Under the pieces are notes generated by a model. The model saw only the letters and a list, made by a program, of their open reading frames with translations. It did not search any database and was not told the origin of the DNA. This document shows, in pieces, positions 39,314-49,846 of a stretch of 64,000 nt of DNA (positions are counted from its first letter, which is position 1; every line of letters begins with the position of its first letter). The stretch lies in the NCBI GenBank assembly GCA_033765235.1, contig JANRIG010000036.1, positions 139,558 through 203,557 of the forward strand, given 5' to 3'. Source of the DNA: Cytophagales bacterium (GTDB lineage: Bacteria > Bacteroidota > Bacteroidia > Cytophagales > UBA9547). Made by a program: the position numbers and the translations under genes.

Positions 39314-39348
39314 AAATCCCGACTTGTAATAGTTGGGATTTTTATTTT
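39314..39348 (+). terminator. Hairpin terminator / REP-like palindrome after fbaB
   Basis: AAATCCCGACT-tgtaat-AGTTGGGATTT (one G-U pair) followed by a T-rich tract. Confidence 0.6.
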
Positions 39349-39361
39349 AACACTATATAAT

Positions 39362-40207
39362 ATGTCGACCTGGTTTAAAAGACAAGACAAAGGCATCTCC
39401 ACCCCTACTGAGCTCAAAAAGGAAGCACCTGACGGGCTTTGGTATGCATGCCCACAATGCAAAAAAATAATGCATGTGCGTGAGCATAAGACCAATAACT
39501 ACACATGCATAGATTGTAATTATCATGAGAGAATAGATGCTGCCACCTATTTTGAAATATTTTTTGATAATAATGAATTCAAAGAGCTGGATGCCAATAT
39601 GACCTCTACCGACCCGCTCGACTTTACAGATACCAAATCATACAAAGAGCGTATAAATGCCACCATCAAAAAAAGTGGACTCAAAGATGCTGTAAGATCT
39701 GCTTATGGTCTGGTAAACAGTGAGTTGATGGTGATAGCCTGCATGGATTTTGGTTTCATAGGAGGCTCTATGGGCAGTGTGGTTGGCGAAAAAATATCGA
39801 GAGCCATATCCAAAGCACTGGAGCTCAAAGTACCCTTTATGATGATATCAAAATCGGGTGGTGCGCGTATGATGGAGGCAGGATTTTCGCTCATGCAAAT
39901 GGCCAAAACATCGGCCAAACTTATGCTGCTGGACAAGGCAGGACTTCCTTACATATCATTGCTTACAGACCCTACTACGGGAGGTGTCACTGCATCATAT
40001 GCCATGCTGGGCGATTATAATATATCGGAGCCGGGTGCGCTCATAGGCTTTGCGGGACCAAGGGTAATCAAAGAAACCATAGGCAAAGATTTACCACCCG
40101 GGTTTCAAACAGCAGAATTTTTGCTTCAACATGGCTTTTTGGACTTTATAGTCGACCGCAAAGAGGTGAAAGAAAAAATAAGTCTTCTCATAAAGATGAC
40201 TAGGTAA
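39362..40207 (+). CDS. accD: Acetyl-CoA carboxylase carboxyltransferase beta subunit
   Basis: Zn finger CPQC...[44 protein letters not shown]. Confidence 0.97.
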   Translation: MSTWFKRQDKGISTPTELKKEAPDGLWYACPQCKKIMHVREHKTNNYTCIDCNYHERIDAATYFEIFFDNNEFKELDANMTSTDPLDFTDTKSYKERINATIKKSGLKDAVRSAYGLVNSELMVIACMDFGFIGGSMGSVVGEKISRAISKALELKVPFMMISKSGGARMMEAGFSLMQMAKTSAKLMLLDKAGLPYISLLTDPTTGGVTASYAMLGDYNISEPGALIGFAGPRVIKETIGKDLPPGFQTAEFLLQHGFLDFIVDRKEVKEKISLLIKMTR

Positions 40208-40238
40208 ATGAATATAGAGCCTTAAATTGTATTGATAT

Positions 40239-41678
40239 ATGCCCTCATGGCTCATATTGACAGTGTTAGCACTATATTTTGCAGCACTTATAGTCATTTC
40301 ATACATTACCTCCAAAAATGCTGATACAGATGCATTTTTTATGGCCAATCGCAACTCTCCATGGTATTTGGTGGCTTTTGGTATGATTGGGTCATCGCTA
40401 TCTGGAGTCACATTTATATCTGTACCGGGTGCTGTACTAAACCAAGGTTTTTCATATTTTCAGATGGTAATAGGCTACTTGGCAGGCTATGCTTTTATAG
40501 CATGGGTACTTATGCCATTGTATTACAAACTCAATTTAATATCTATCTATACCTATTTTGAAACCCGATTTGGATTTTGGTCATATAAAACAGGAGCATT
40601 TTTTTTCTTGCTGTCACGTACTATTGGTTCCTCATTTAGGCTGTATTTGGCAGCACAGGTATTGCATATAGGTATATTTCAGGCATGGGGAGTACCCTTT
40701 ATAGTGACCGGTGCAGTCACTATATTTCTCATATGGGTATATACTTTTAAAGGAGGTATAAAAACAATAATATGGACAGATTCATTTCAAACAATTTTTT
40801 TGATAACTGCGCTGATAGTAAGTGTGTTGCTCATAAAAGACAGTTTGAACTATTCATTTGACGATTTATTTGCAAGTATAAATAACCACAGTACCTCTCA
40901 AATATTTTTTTGGAATTGGAAAGACGATAAATTTTTTGTAAAACAATTTATATCAGGGGCATTCATAGCCATAGTAATGACCGGTATGGATCAAGACCTC
41001 ATGCAGAAAAATCTTACTTGCAAAAATATTAAAGAAGCACAAATTAATATGTGTACTTTTTGCATCATATTGGTAGTGGTTAATTTTATATTTCTGTGTC
41101 TTGGCTCACTCCTATATATATATGCTGAAAGCAAACAAATATCACTTCCTGCACGTACAGATGAGGTATTTCCGTATTTGGCTCTGAATCACTTTGGTAT
41201 ATTGACAGGAATATTTTTTTTATTAGGCATTACAGCATCGAGTTATGCAAGTGCAGACTCTGCATTGGCATCGCTCACTACCTCATTTTGTATAGATTTT
41301 CTTGATTTTAAAAACAAAGTCGAAAAACTAAAAAATATCTTAAAATTTTGGGTGCATTTAGGATTTTCTCTATTGATTTTGTTAATTATAGTAGTATTTC
41401 AGGCTATTAATGACCAAGCAGTAATCACGGCGGTATTCAAAGTGGCAGGTTATACCTATGGACCATTGCTGGGTTTGTTTTTTTTCGGACTATTTACAAA
41501 ATATCAAGTTCAAGATAAGTATGTGCCCATGGTATGTGTGATAAGCCCAGTATTAACATATCTGATAAATGCGTACTCATTGCAACTATTTGGAGGCTAT
41601 AAATTTGGGTTTGAACTATTGCTTATCAATGGTGCATTTACATTTGCAGGGTTGTGGATTTTGAGAAGGGGTAAGTAA
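40239..41678 (+). CDS. Sodium:solute symporter family protein
   Basis: FGMIGSSLSGVTFISVPG, GGIKTIIWTD, GMDQDLMQKNL, about 13 TM helices. Confidence 0.9.
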   Translation: MPSWLILTVLALYFAALIVISYITSKNADTDAFFMANRNSPWYLVAFGMIGSSLSGVTFISVPGAVLNQGFSYFQMVIGYLAGYAFIAWVLMPLYYKLNLISIYTYFETRFGFWSYKTGAFFFLLSRTIGSSFRLYLAAQVLHIGIFQAWGVPFIVTGAVTIFLIWVYTFKGGIKTIIWTDSFQTIFLITALIVSVLLIKDSLNYSFDDLFASINNHSTSQIFFWNWKDDKFFVKQFISGAFIAIVMTGMDQDLMQKNLTCKNIKEAQINMCTFCIILVVVNFIFLCLGSLLYIYAESKQISLPARTDEVFPYLALNHFGILTGIFFLLGITASSYASADSALASLTTSFCIDFLDFKNKVEKLKNILKFWVHLGFSLLILLIIVVFQAINDQAVITAVFKVAGYTYGPLLGLFFFGLFTKYQVQDKYVPMVCVISPVLTYLINAYSLQLFGGYKFGFELLLINGAFTFAGLWILRRGK

Positions 41679-41757
41679 GATAGTTATTGCAACTAATACA
41701 CCAATGTTTATTCGTGTATCTGTGGCAATATTTTCAAAAAATATCTATCTTTGATAG

Positions 41758-41949
41758 ATGAAAAGCCCGATAAAAATATATAATGACCCCTCAGACCCAC
41801 GCAAACAAATGTTGATAGAAGGGGCATCTATGAGTGTGGATGAATTATATAAATCATTTTTTATGATGCAAAAAAGATTGCGAGCCATGTCAGGAAATGA
41901 CAAACCTACAGATAGGGCTATAAAAATAAAGTTGTACGGTGGACAGTGA
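41758..41949 (+). CDS. Small hypothetical protein (63 aa), first gene of a two-gene cassette
   Basis: ATG only 4 nt after a TATCTTTG -7 element (41746-41753); overlaps the downstream nucleotidyltransferase start. Confidence 0.6.
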   Translation: MKSPIKIYNDPSDPRKQMLIEGASMSVDELYKSFFMMQKRLRAMSGNDKPTDRAIKIKLYGGQ

Positions 41950-42410
41950 GGATAAGGATTTTTTAGATTTTGCTGATGCTGCTCAAGTGCATGGCTTGCA
42001 ATATATCATCATTGGTGGATTTGCCTTGTATCTCAACGGTATCAAGCGCAACACAGAGGACGTGTATATTTGGCTAAAACCTACCAATGAGAATAAAATC
42101 ATTCTGCTCAATGTTTTCACAGAGTTAGGTTATACGCTTGAAGATTTGAATGACATTAATAAACACAATTTTAGCCATCCTCTGGTGTTTTCGGCATTCG
42201 GGCACATGGATTTTTTGACGGTACTGCATGATAAATTAGACTTTGACACGTGTTTTCAAAATAGTAGAACCCATGTATTGACCCATTGCACTATATGTAA
42301 CTATCTGCATATCAATGATTTAAAAAAAGTAAAAAATACTGTCAAGCCAAGAGTTAGACTATCGTGATGTGGCATTGATAGATGAATTTATAAAATACAA
42401 TAATTTATAG
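41939..42410 (+). pseudogene. Minimal nucleotidyltransferase (Pol-beta fold), probably decayed or frameshifted
   Basis: IIIGGFAL...RNTEDVYIW (expected DxD reads D-V-Y); the reading frame ends at 42367, while a plausible C-terminus (...DYRDVALIDEF...) continues in another frame after the A6 run at 42331-42336 up to TAG 42410. Confidence 0.55.
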
Positions 42411-42412
42411 CC

Positions 42413-43387
42413 TCAGGGTACATAGGTTTCTAAAAGTGTATAACTTGGCGAAGGGATTATTTGTATGGTACTTACAGATGCCGGAATGAGCACAGTTTCC
42501 CCTAAATTTAAAGTTGTATCATACCCGTCTGCTACTATGTGTGCACTACCTTCCACGCATATATATATGGTAAATGAGTCACGGTTTTGCAATTCTGTAG
42601 TATATATAGCATTGTATTTCAACAAATTTGTAATGAAATATGGAGAGGTTACCAAACTTGTGGGAGCATTATTTGTGATTTTATAATTTGTTTTATATTC
42701 GGGATAATGATGATAGTCTATAGCATCGAGGGCTTGGTCTGTGTGCAGCTCTCGCTTGCTACCTTTATCATCTACCCTGTCAAAATCATAAATACGGTAT
42801 GTGACATCAGAACTCTGCTGTATCTCTGCAAGCAGTATACCTTTGCCAATATAGTGTACTCTGCCTGCAGGCATGTAATATACATCACCGCTTTGTACTT
42901 CTTCGATATTGAGTATTTTGTCTAATGTGCGGTTGTTCAAATGGTTTAAATAGCTTTCACGGGTTACCGGAACGCTAAATCCTGCATTGAGCTTTGCCCC
43001 TGTGTCTGCCTGCATGATATACCACATCTCACTTTTGCCAAAGCTGTTGTGCCTTGCCAAGGCAAGTGCGTCATTAGGGTGTACTTGTATAGACAAGTCG
43101 TCGTTTGCATCAATGAATTTTACCAAAAGCGGAAAATTAGTGCCATATTTTTCATATACCTTAGCACCTACCAATTTGTCTTTGTGCTCATACAATAGCT
43201 CTTGCAACGACTTGCCCTGCCATATTCCGTTTTTTACTATAGAAATATTACTTTTCACCCCTGATATTTCCCAAGTTTCACCGCAGTTGGGCAGGGGCGC
43301 ATAATCTTTGCCGAGTATAGACTTTATTTTATTACCACCCCAAATTTTATCTTTAAATTGGGTGACGAATGTAAGCGGGTATGACAT
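42413..43387 (-). CDS. manA: Mannose-6-phosphate isomerase, type I
   Basis: KIWGG, GETWEISG, FPLLVKFIDANDDLSIQVHP, GKSEMW, AEIQQSSDVTYRIYDFDR. Confidence 0.93.
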   Translation of the reverse strand: MSYPLTFVTQFKDKIWGGNKIKSILGKDYAPLPNCGETWEISGVKSNISIVKNGIWQGKSLQELLYEHKDKLVGAKVYEKYGTNFPLLVKFIDANDDLSIQVHPNDALALARHNSFGKSEMWYIMQADTGAKLNAGFSVPVTRESYLNHLNNRTLDKILNIEEVQSGDVYYMPAGRVHYIGKGILLAEIQQSSDVTYRIYDFDRVDDKGSKRELHTDQALDAIDYHHYPEYKTNYKITNNAPTSLVTSPYFITNLLKYNAIYTTELQNRDSFTIYICVEGSAHIVADGYDTTLNLGETVLIPASVSTIQIIPSPSYTLLETYVP

Positions 43388-43396
43388 GTGTAATAC

Positions 43397-46057
43397 TTAT
43401 TTTTTGACCTTTTTTTTGGATGCGCCGGCCGAAGCGGGTTTAATGTCTGTTTTGATAAATCTTTCAAGACCTGTACCCGTGAAATTTACCTTTGCACTAT
43501 CGCTTTTTTGGGTGGTGTAGTAGTTCACAGAGTACACCTTGCCGGGTAGCACATCAAAATAATTATCATCAAAAAAACCATCACTGTATTTATTGTCTAA
43601 TTGAATATTTTTTACCAAAGTATTGGATTTTATTTTGAGCTGGTAGCCAAATTTTGTGTCAGATACTATTTGGTCCACCACAGGCTTGCTGAGTTGCAGA
43701 TTTTTGGGTAGGTCAAAGTAAAGAATATTGTCGCACAGCAACTCGTCTTTGTGTGCAAATGTGGTATAAAGATATATTTTGTTGCGATTATTGATATTGT
43801 CTAAATAATCTTTTAAAGGCATAGAAATAATAGTTTTGGATGCATTTTTTTCTAATCTTTGGTGCGAAGCATTGTTTTTCAAAATATTTCCGTCAAAATC
43901 ATACAGGGTAAAATGCAAGGTGCCTGAAATATCATCAGGCAAATCTGATATCACGTGTATTTTGAGCGAGTCATGTATTATATGAGGGTATACAAGTAGA
44001 TTTTCATAGGCTTTTTTTACGAAGTAATGGGGTGCTTTCCATCTATAGTCATAGTCAACAGTAGACCACGACACAGTAGGCCAGCAGTCGTCTATTTGCC
44101 AATATAAGCTGCCCCAGCAGTATGGTTTATGGCTGCGGTGTCCTTCTATGGCATCTTTGAGGAAATAGGCATGGCTAAGTTGGCTCAGATATACCATATC
44201 TGCAAATGCAGGAGTAGGGGAGTAGCTCATTTTTATGTACTCCTGTATCATATCGTTGCCATTCATAGTGTTGCCTTTGGCATCGAGCCCGAGCCATGGC
44301 ATGAGGCTACGCTGCTTATAATCAAATAGTTTGCTGTCATAAAACAAGTCTTCGGGCAGGGATATTTTTTGTATGGTTTTTATATCAGGGAATGATTGCA
44401 AGCCATATTCGCTGATAAATCTTTGCCTGCGCGATATAAGGTCATGTGCGGTGGCTTTGCCAAACCATCCCCACCAGTCATGCACATCGCCGGAGCGCAC
44501 ATTTTGTTTGTCTTCTATATCAGTGCCTCCTCCCGGAGAGGTAGGCCAGTAGGCGGTAGTGGGATTGTATTTTGTGATAATATCAGGTATGGTTTGGTGA
44601 AATAGTTTTTCATAAGTATTCATCATATCCGAGGAGTCTTCGGGCGATAGGTTGAATTTTTTGCCCAAGCTCCATCCTTGCATGACCATGTTTTCATTGT
44701 TGCCACACCAGAGCGCAAGACATGGGTGGTGCCTGAGTCTGAGTACATTATATTCTACTTCTTTTTTTATATTTTCAAGATGCTCTTTGTGGCGTGGTAC
44801 CATGGCACATGCAAACATGAAATCTTGCCAAATGAGTATTCCATTTTTGTCGCACAGGTCATAGAAGTAGTCATCTTCATAGATGGCACCGCCCCACACG
44901 CGGAGCATATTCATATTGGCATCTTTGGCAGCTTTTATTACCCCATCGTATCTTGCTTTGGATACGCGTGTATTAAAATTGTCTGGGGGTATGTAGTTGG
45001 CACCTTTCATAAATACATCTTTGCCGTTTACCCTGAATTTGAAGAGGTTGCCGTCACCTTCAGGCTCGGTTATGAGTGCTACGTTGCGTATGCCCATAGT
45101 TTTCACGTCAGTATCTATCTTGCGCGCGTAGTGTATGAGCGAGGACTCAAACTTATATATAGGTTGCTCGCCCAGTCCGTTTGGCCACCATAGCTTAGGT
45201 TTTCTTACGGAGAAATAGGTTTTGATTTCGTTTTCGCCTTTTTTGAGATGAAATTCTATTTCGCGCACAGGCTTGTCATTTACCAATATTTCAAAATTTG
45301 CTTTGGTGTTTTTGCCCGAATATATGAGTATTTCTGCCCTGTAGCGCGCCACATTGCTGTCTACTTCGTCTAATATATAGTGCACATCGTTGATTTTGGC
45401 TATGTTCCAGCCTTGCAATACCACAGGGCGCCAAATGCCTGAAGTGACTAATCTTGGTCCCCAATCCCAGCCATAGTGGTAGGGTGCTTTGCGGGTATGT
45501 ACACTGGTTTTTAGGCTATCGGGTGCATACTCATTGATGGCGGGGACTAAATACGGATGGTTTTTGAGTTTTTGTTTACCTATGTTCACGGGCGACTTAA
45601 ATATGATTTTGAGCTCGTTGCCCTTTGGCTTTATATATTTTTTGCAGTCTACCACATATTCTACAAACATATTGTCGGTTTCTTTGATTTTGGTGCCATT
45701 GAGCAATATTTCAGCATAAGTATCTAAGCCTTTGAATACCAACTCTATGTGTTTTTTGATAAGCAAGTCTTCGTTATTGATGTCAAAAGTAGTTTTGTAC
45801 ACCCAGTTTTTGGTTTCAATCCACTTAATACTGTCTTCGTTGAACCTATAAAACGGGTCAGGTATTTTGCCATTGCTTAGTAAGTCTGTGTGTACACATC
45901 CAGGTACTGTGGCCGGAAGCCATACATTTTCTGATTCTTCACTAAACTGCCAACCGCTTCCAATATCTATAGTGAGTAGTGGGTGTTTCTCTTGTATATC
46001 ACAAGATATGAATGAGAGGAGTATCAGTATAACCCCAAATATTTTATGGATATTCAT
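43397..46057 (-). CDS. GH2 beta-mannosidase (lipoprotein)
   Basis: Lipobox FISC; ATVPGCVHTDL, RKAPYHYGWDWGP, NMLRVWGG, LWCGNNE (acid/base), FISEYG (nucleophile), GSLYWQIDDCWP. Confidence 0.92.
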   Translation of the reverse strand: MNIHKIFGVILILLSFISCDIQEKHPLLTIDIGSGWQFSEESENVWLPATVPGCVHTDLLSNGKIPDPFYRFNEDSIKWIETKNWVYKTTFDINNEDLLIKKHIELVFKGLDTYAEILLNGTKIKETDNMFVEYVVDCKKYIKPKGNELKIIFKSPVNIGKQKLKNHPYLVPAINEYAPDSLKTSVHTRKAPYHYGWDWGPRLVTSGIWRPVVLQGWNIAKINDVHYILDEVDSNVARYRAEILIYSGKNTKANFEILVNDKPVREIEFHLKKGENEIKTYFSVRKPKLWWPNGLGEQPIYKFESSLIHYARKIDTDVKTMGIRNVALITEPEGDGNLFKFRVNGKDVFMKGANYIPPDNFNTRVSKARYDGVIKAAKDANMNMLRVWGGAIYEDDYFYDLCDKNGILIWQDFMFACAMVPRHKEHLENIKKEVEYNVLRLRHHPCLALWCGNNENMVMQGWSLGKKFNLSPEDSSDMMNTYEKLFHQTIPDIITKYNPTTAYWPTSPGGGTDIEDKQNVRSGDVHDWWGWFGKATAHDLISRRQRFISEYGLQSFPDIKTIQKISLPEDLFYDSKLFDYKQRSLMPWLGLDAKGNTMNGNDMIQEYIKMSYSPTPAFADMVYLSQLSHAYFLKDAIEGHRSHKPYCWGSLYWQIDDCWPTVSWSTVDYDYRWKAPHYFVKKAYENLLVYPHIIHDSLKIHVISDLPDDISGTLHFTLYDFDGNILKNNASHQRLEKNASKTIISMPLKDYLDNINNRNKIYLYTTFAHKDELLCDNILYFDLPKNLQLSKPVVDQIVSDTKFGYQLKIKSNTLVKNIQLDNKYSDGFFDDNYFDVLPGKVYSVNYYTTQKSDSAKVNFTGTGLERFIKTDIKPASAGASKKKVKK

Positions 46058-46316
46058 ATAACTATATCTTGACAGGCAAATTAGTAAAATTAAGACTACA
46101 CAAAAATATATCTTGATAAATTATTTGTTTTGCGATGATTTATTCAATAAGGTATTTATTTTATGAATATAGAATATTTGCACATTCATTGCATATTTTT
46201 TTATATACTTTTTCTTATAATATTGTTAATAATTATCCCTACTATTTTGCTTATATTGTTTAATATTTTTATGAAATTGTTAAACAAAATTAATTTATTA
46301 ATGGTTGAATGACATA

Positions 46317-47807
46317 ATGAAAACTATAGTAATAGGCTCGGGTTTTTCTTCATTATCGGCTGCTACGCATCTGGCACATGCAGGATATGATGTGACAGTA
46401 TTAGAAAAAAATAGCATGCCGGGAGGCAGAGCGCGTACATTTTCCGAGCAAGGTTTCACATACGATATGGGTCCCAGTTGGTACTGGATGCCTGAAATAT
46501 TCGAAAAGTATTTTAATAAATTTGGGTTCAAGATATCTGACTATTACCAATTAGTCAGGTTAAACCCTTCATATAGAGTATATTTTGACAAATATGACAG
46601 CATAGATGTGCCGGCATCATATACAGAGCTTCAGCAATTGTTTGAAAGTATAGAAAAAGGTAGTGCATCTAAGTTGGATCAGTACATGGCAGAAGCCCAA
46701 TACAAATACGAGGCAGGCATGCGGCAATTTGTATATAAGCCGGGACTTAGCTTTGCAGAGTATCTCACACCACAAGTGCTGTCATCTTCACTAAGGTTAG
46801 ACCTGTTTCAATCTATACATAGCCATGTGCGCAAGTATTTTACAAATCCACGTCTTATCAAACTCATGGAGTTTCCTGTGTTGTTTTTGGGCGGACACCC
46901 ACAAAATACACCTGCACTATACAGCCTTATGAACTATGCAGATATTAAGCTCGGTACATGGTACCCCATGGGTGGTATGGGCAAAATTGTAGATGCCATG
47001 TACAATCTGGCTCAGCACAAAGGGGTAAAATTTTGTTTTGGAGAAGAGGTAAAATCTATACAAGTGCTTGATAATCATGTGGTAAGTGTGAGCACACAAA
47101 CCTTTCAATACCCTTGTGATGTGATAGTGTCCGGTGCAGACTATCACCACACAGATACCCAATTGCTTCATGAAAAAGCCAACTACAAATTAAGCTATTG
47201 GGAGCACAAAGTCATGGCACCTTCGTGTCTTATTTTTTATATAGGGTTGAATAAAAAACTAAAAAATGCAGTACATCATACCTTGTTTTTTGACAAAGAT
47301 ATGTACAAACATGCGCAACAGATATATAACATGCCAGATTGGCCATCGGAGCCGTTGTTTTATGTATGTACTCCATCCATCACTGACAGCTCAGTGGCTC
47401 CCATAGGATATGAAAATATGTTTTTTTTGATGCCTATTTCTGCGGGACTGCATGATAATGAAGCACTTAGACATAAATATTTTGATATATTGGTACATAG
47501 ATATGAGTATATAACAGGTGAAAATATTAAAGAGCATATCATATACCAAAAAAGTTATTGCATCAATGATTTTATGGCAGATTACCATGCATACAAAGGC
47601 AATGCCTATGGCTTAGCCAATACTCTGATGCAAACAGGAATAATGAAACCAAGCCTTAAATCTAAAAAACTTACCAATATGTATTATACAGGACAGCTTA
47701 CAGTACCCGGGCCGGGTGTGCCACCCGCCCTCATATCAGGGGAGATAGCAGCCCATGAAATTGTAAAAAATCATAAAATATCTACATACCATGTTGACAT
47801 TATATAA
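46317..47807 (+). CDS. crtI: Phytoene desaturase
   Basis: VIGSGFSSLSAA FAD motif, YDMGPSWYWMP, WYPMGGM, GNAYGLANTL, TVPGPGVPPALISG; ATG at 46317 preferred. Confidence 0.95.
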   Translation: MKTIVIGSGFSSLSAATHLAHAGYDVTVLEKNSMPGGRARTFSEQGFTYDMGPSWYWMPEIFEKYFNKFGFKISDYYQLVRLNPSYRVYFDKYDSIDVPASYTELQQLFESIEKGSASKLDQYMAEAQYKYEAGMRQFVYKPGLSFAEYLTPQVLSSSLRLDLFQSIHSHVRKYFTNPRLIKLMEFPVLFLGGHPQNTPALYSLMNYADIKLGTWYPMGGMGKIVDAMYNLAQHKGVKFCFGEEVKSIQVLDNHVVSVSTQTFQYPCDVIVSGADYHHTDTQLLHEKANYKLSYWEHKVMAPSCLIFYIGLNKKLKNAVHHTLFFDKDMYKHAQQIYNMPDWPSEPLFYVCTPSITDSSVAPIGYENMFFLMPISAGLHDNEALRHKYFDILVHRYEYITGENIKEHIIYQKSYCINDFMADYHAYKGNAYGLANTLMQTGIMKPSLKSKKLTNMYYTGQLTVPGPGVPPALISGEIAAHEIVKNHKISTYHVDII

Positions 47808-48633
47808 ACGTACCAACTTCAAAATAAGCAAAATAGTCACCCACAGCTACAGCACTTCTTTTAGCTTGGGAATATGTATGTTTGACCACAAATTTCACCT
47901 TCCAATCTACAGCATTTATGGGTTTGTGCGGTATGCAGATGAGATAGTAGATACTTTTGACAGTGAGCACAAAGCTGCATTATTGGCTGAGTTTAAAGAA
48001 GATACCCATAAAGCTATAATACGCGGTATAAGTACAAACCCCATATTAGATTCATTTCAGGAAGTAGTGCGCACCTATCATATTGACACAGAGCTCATAG
48101 ATGCTTTTTTGTTGAGTATGGAAATGGACTTGTACAGAAGCAGCTACAATCGTACACTCTACGAAAAATATGTATATGGTTCGGCAGAGGTAGTAGGGCT
48201 CATGTGCCTTAAAGTATTTTGCGAGAATGATATAAATAAGTACCATGAGTTTTCGCCATATGCACGCAGTTTGGGAGCTGCATTTCAAAAAGTAAATTTC
48301 CTCCGCGACATCAAAGATGATTTTTACAACAGAGGCAGGTTGTATTTTCCTGAGCTTGCACATGCACAACACATAAACGAAAACACCAAATCTGTCATTA
48401 TCAAAGATATACAAAGAGATTTTGATCATGCTATCATAGGCATCAAAATGTTGCCTGCGGGTGCTCGCAGAGGGGTATATGTAGCCTACATATTCTATTT
48501 GGCATTATTCAAAAAACTTATCAATACACCCGGCAAAGAAATAATGGCCAAAAGAATAAGAATTAATAACTTTGAAAAAATAATATTGTTAATACAAGCA
48601 TTGTTGAAACAAAGATTTGTAACGGTAGCATGA
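47791..48633 (+). CDS. crtB: Phytoene synthase
   Basis: YSTSFSLG, YGFVRYADEIVDT, YVYGSAEVVGLMCL, FQKVNFLRDIKDD. Confidence 0.96.
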   Translation: MLTLYKRTNFKISKIVTHSYSTSFSLGICMFDHKFHLPIYSIYGFVRYADEIVDTFDSEHKAALLAEFKEDTHKAIIRGISTNPILDSFQEVVRTYHIDTELIDAFLLSMEMDLYRSSYNRTLYEKYVYGSAEVVGLMCLKVFCENDINKYHEFSPYARSLGAAFQKVNFLRDIKDDFYNRGRLYFPELAHAQHINENTKSVIIKDIQRDFDHAIIGIKMLPAGARRGVYVAYIFYLALFKKLINTPGKEIMAKRIRINNFEKIILLIQALLKQRFVTVA

Positions 48634-49172
48634 GGTATATTTTTTTTACAGGGTTGGTTGTATGTTTTCACTTAACACAAAGTTGTGACGTGACAGATAT
48701 TAACTGCCTCAGAATCAGTTATTACAAAGCTGTACAAAGTGAGGCACATACTGATACACTTATCAGCATAATTACCAAATTACAACACAAAAACTATATT
48801 CAGTCTGCATATTTGGCAGGTTTATATGCCTTGAAGGCAAAACATCACTCAAATCCGTACCAAAAAATAAAGTATTTGCAAAAAGCCAACGAAGATATAA
48901 AACCCATAGTAATACTGCACCCCGATGATATGGAGGTGAGATTTATCAGGCTTTCGTACCAGTACTATGTTCCTCGTTTTTTAGGTTTTAGCGCACATTT
49001 GCAAGATGACACCCAAGCCATAGCGCGAGCCATCATACTCTGTAAATTTAACTACACTGATTTCGGCTTGGTCACCAATATTATTGATTTCTTAAAAAAA
49101 TCTAAATTGATAAATACCAATGAACTTGCAAAAATAGAAAAAGCTATGGCCAAATATTGGACAAAAATATAA
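48630..49172 (+). CDS. Conserved secreted helical (TPR-like) hypothetical protein of Bacteroidota crt clusters
   Basis: Signal-like N-terminus; AKH..NPYQKIKY...EVRFIRLS..YYVPRFLG motif; coupled to crtB by overlap. Confidence 0.65.
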   Translation: MRYIFFTGLVVCFHLTQSCDVTDINCLRISYYKAVQSEAHTDTLISIITKLQHKNYIQSAYLAGLYALKAKHHSNPYQKIKYLQKANEDIKPIVILHPDDMEVRFIRLSYQYYVPRFLGFSAHLQDDTQAIARAIILCKFNYTDFGLVTNIIDFLKKSKLINTNELAKIEKAMAKYWTKI

Positions 49173-49177
49173 TATTT

Positions 49178-49846
49178 ATGTACGCTACAGTATTAGGTAT
49201 TGCAGTTGTTTTCCCTATTATTTTTTCATTTGAAAAGTCTATTTTTTATTTCAAAAAATGGAAATATTTATCACTAGGTTTCGCCACAATTTCTGTTTTT
49301 TTTATACTATGGGATATTATATTTACTACTAATAATATATGGAGTTTTAATCAAAATTATATTACTAATATTAAGATCTTTAATGTACCAATTGAAGAAA
49401 TATTATTCTTCTTCGTAGTGCCTTTTTGTTGTGTTTTTATCTATGAAAATGTAAAATTTTTTATTAAATTAAAATATATAATTGTTAATATCTATTACAG
49501 TATTATCCCTTTTTTTATATTAATATTAGTAGCATTTTTTTATAAAAATTTATATTATACTTATGCAGTTTTTGTACTAGCAGGCATTACATATTTTTTA
49601 CTCTCGCGTACAATATTTTGGGGTTATGTACTTATCACTTATATTGTACATCTTATACCATTTATGATAATGAACGGGGTGCTCACTTCACTGCCAATTG
49701 TTATTTATGATAATGATTATAATCTTAATATCAGAGTTTTGACTATTCCCATCGAAGATTTTTTATATTCATTTGTATTGATGGGGTTGCATATCATTTG
49801 CTATGAATATAGCCAAATTAAAAATAAAATATGGCAAAAAAGATAG
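49178..49846 (+). CDS. crtY: Membrane-type lycopene beta-cyclase (two fused CrtYc/d-type domains)
   Basis: Very hydrophobic; duplicated NVPIEEILFF and TIPIEDFLYSF motifs; WDIIFT...WSFN. Confidence 0.85.
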   Translation: MYATVLGIAVVFPIIFSFEKSIFYFKKWKYLSLGFATISVFFILWDIIFTTNNIWSFNQNYITNIKIFNVPIEEILFFFVVPFCCVFIYENVKFFIKLKYIIVNIYYSIIPFFILILVAFFYKNLYYTYAVFVLAGITYFLLSRTIFWGYVLITYIVHLIPFMIMNGVLTSLPIVIYDNDYNLNIRVLTIPIEDFLYSFVLMGLHIICYEYSQIKNKIWQKR

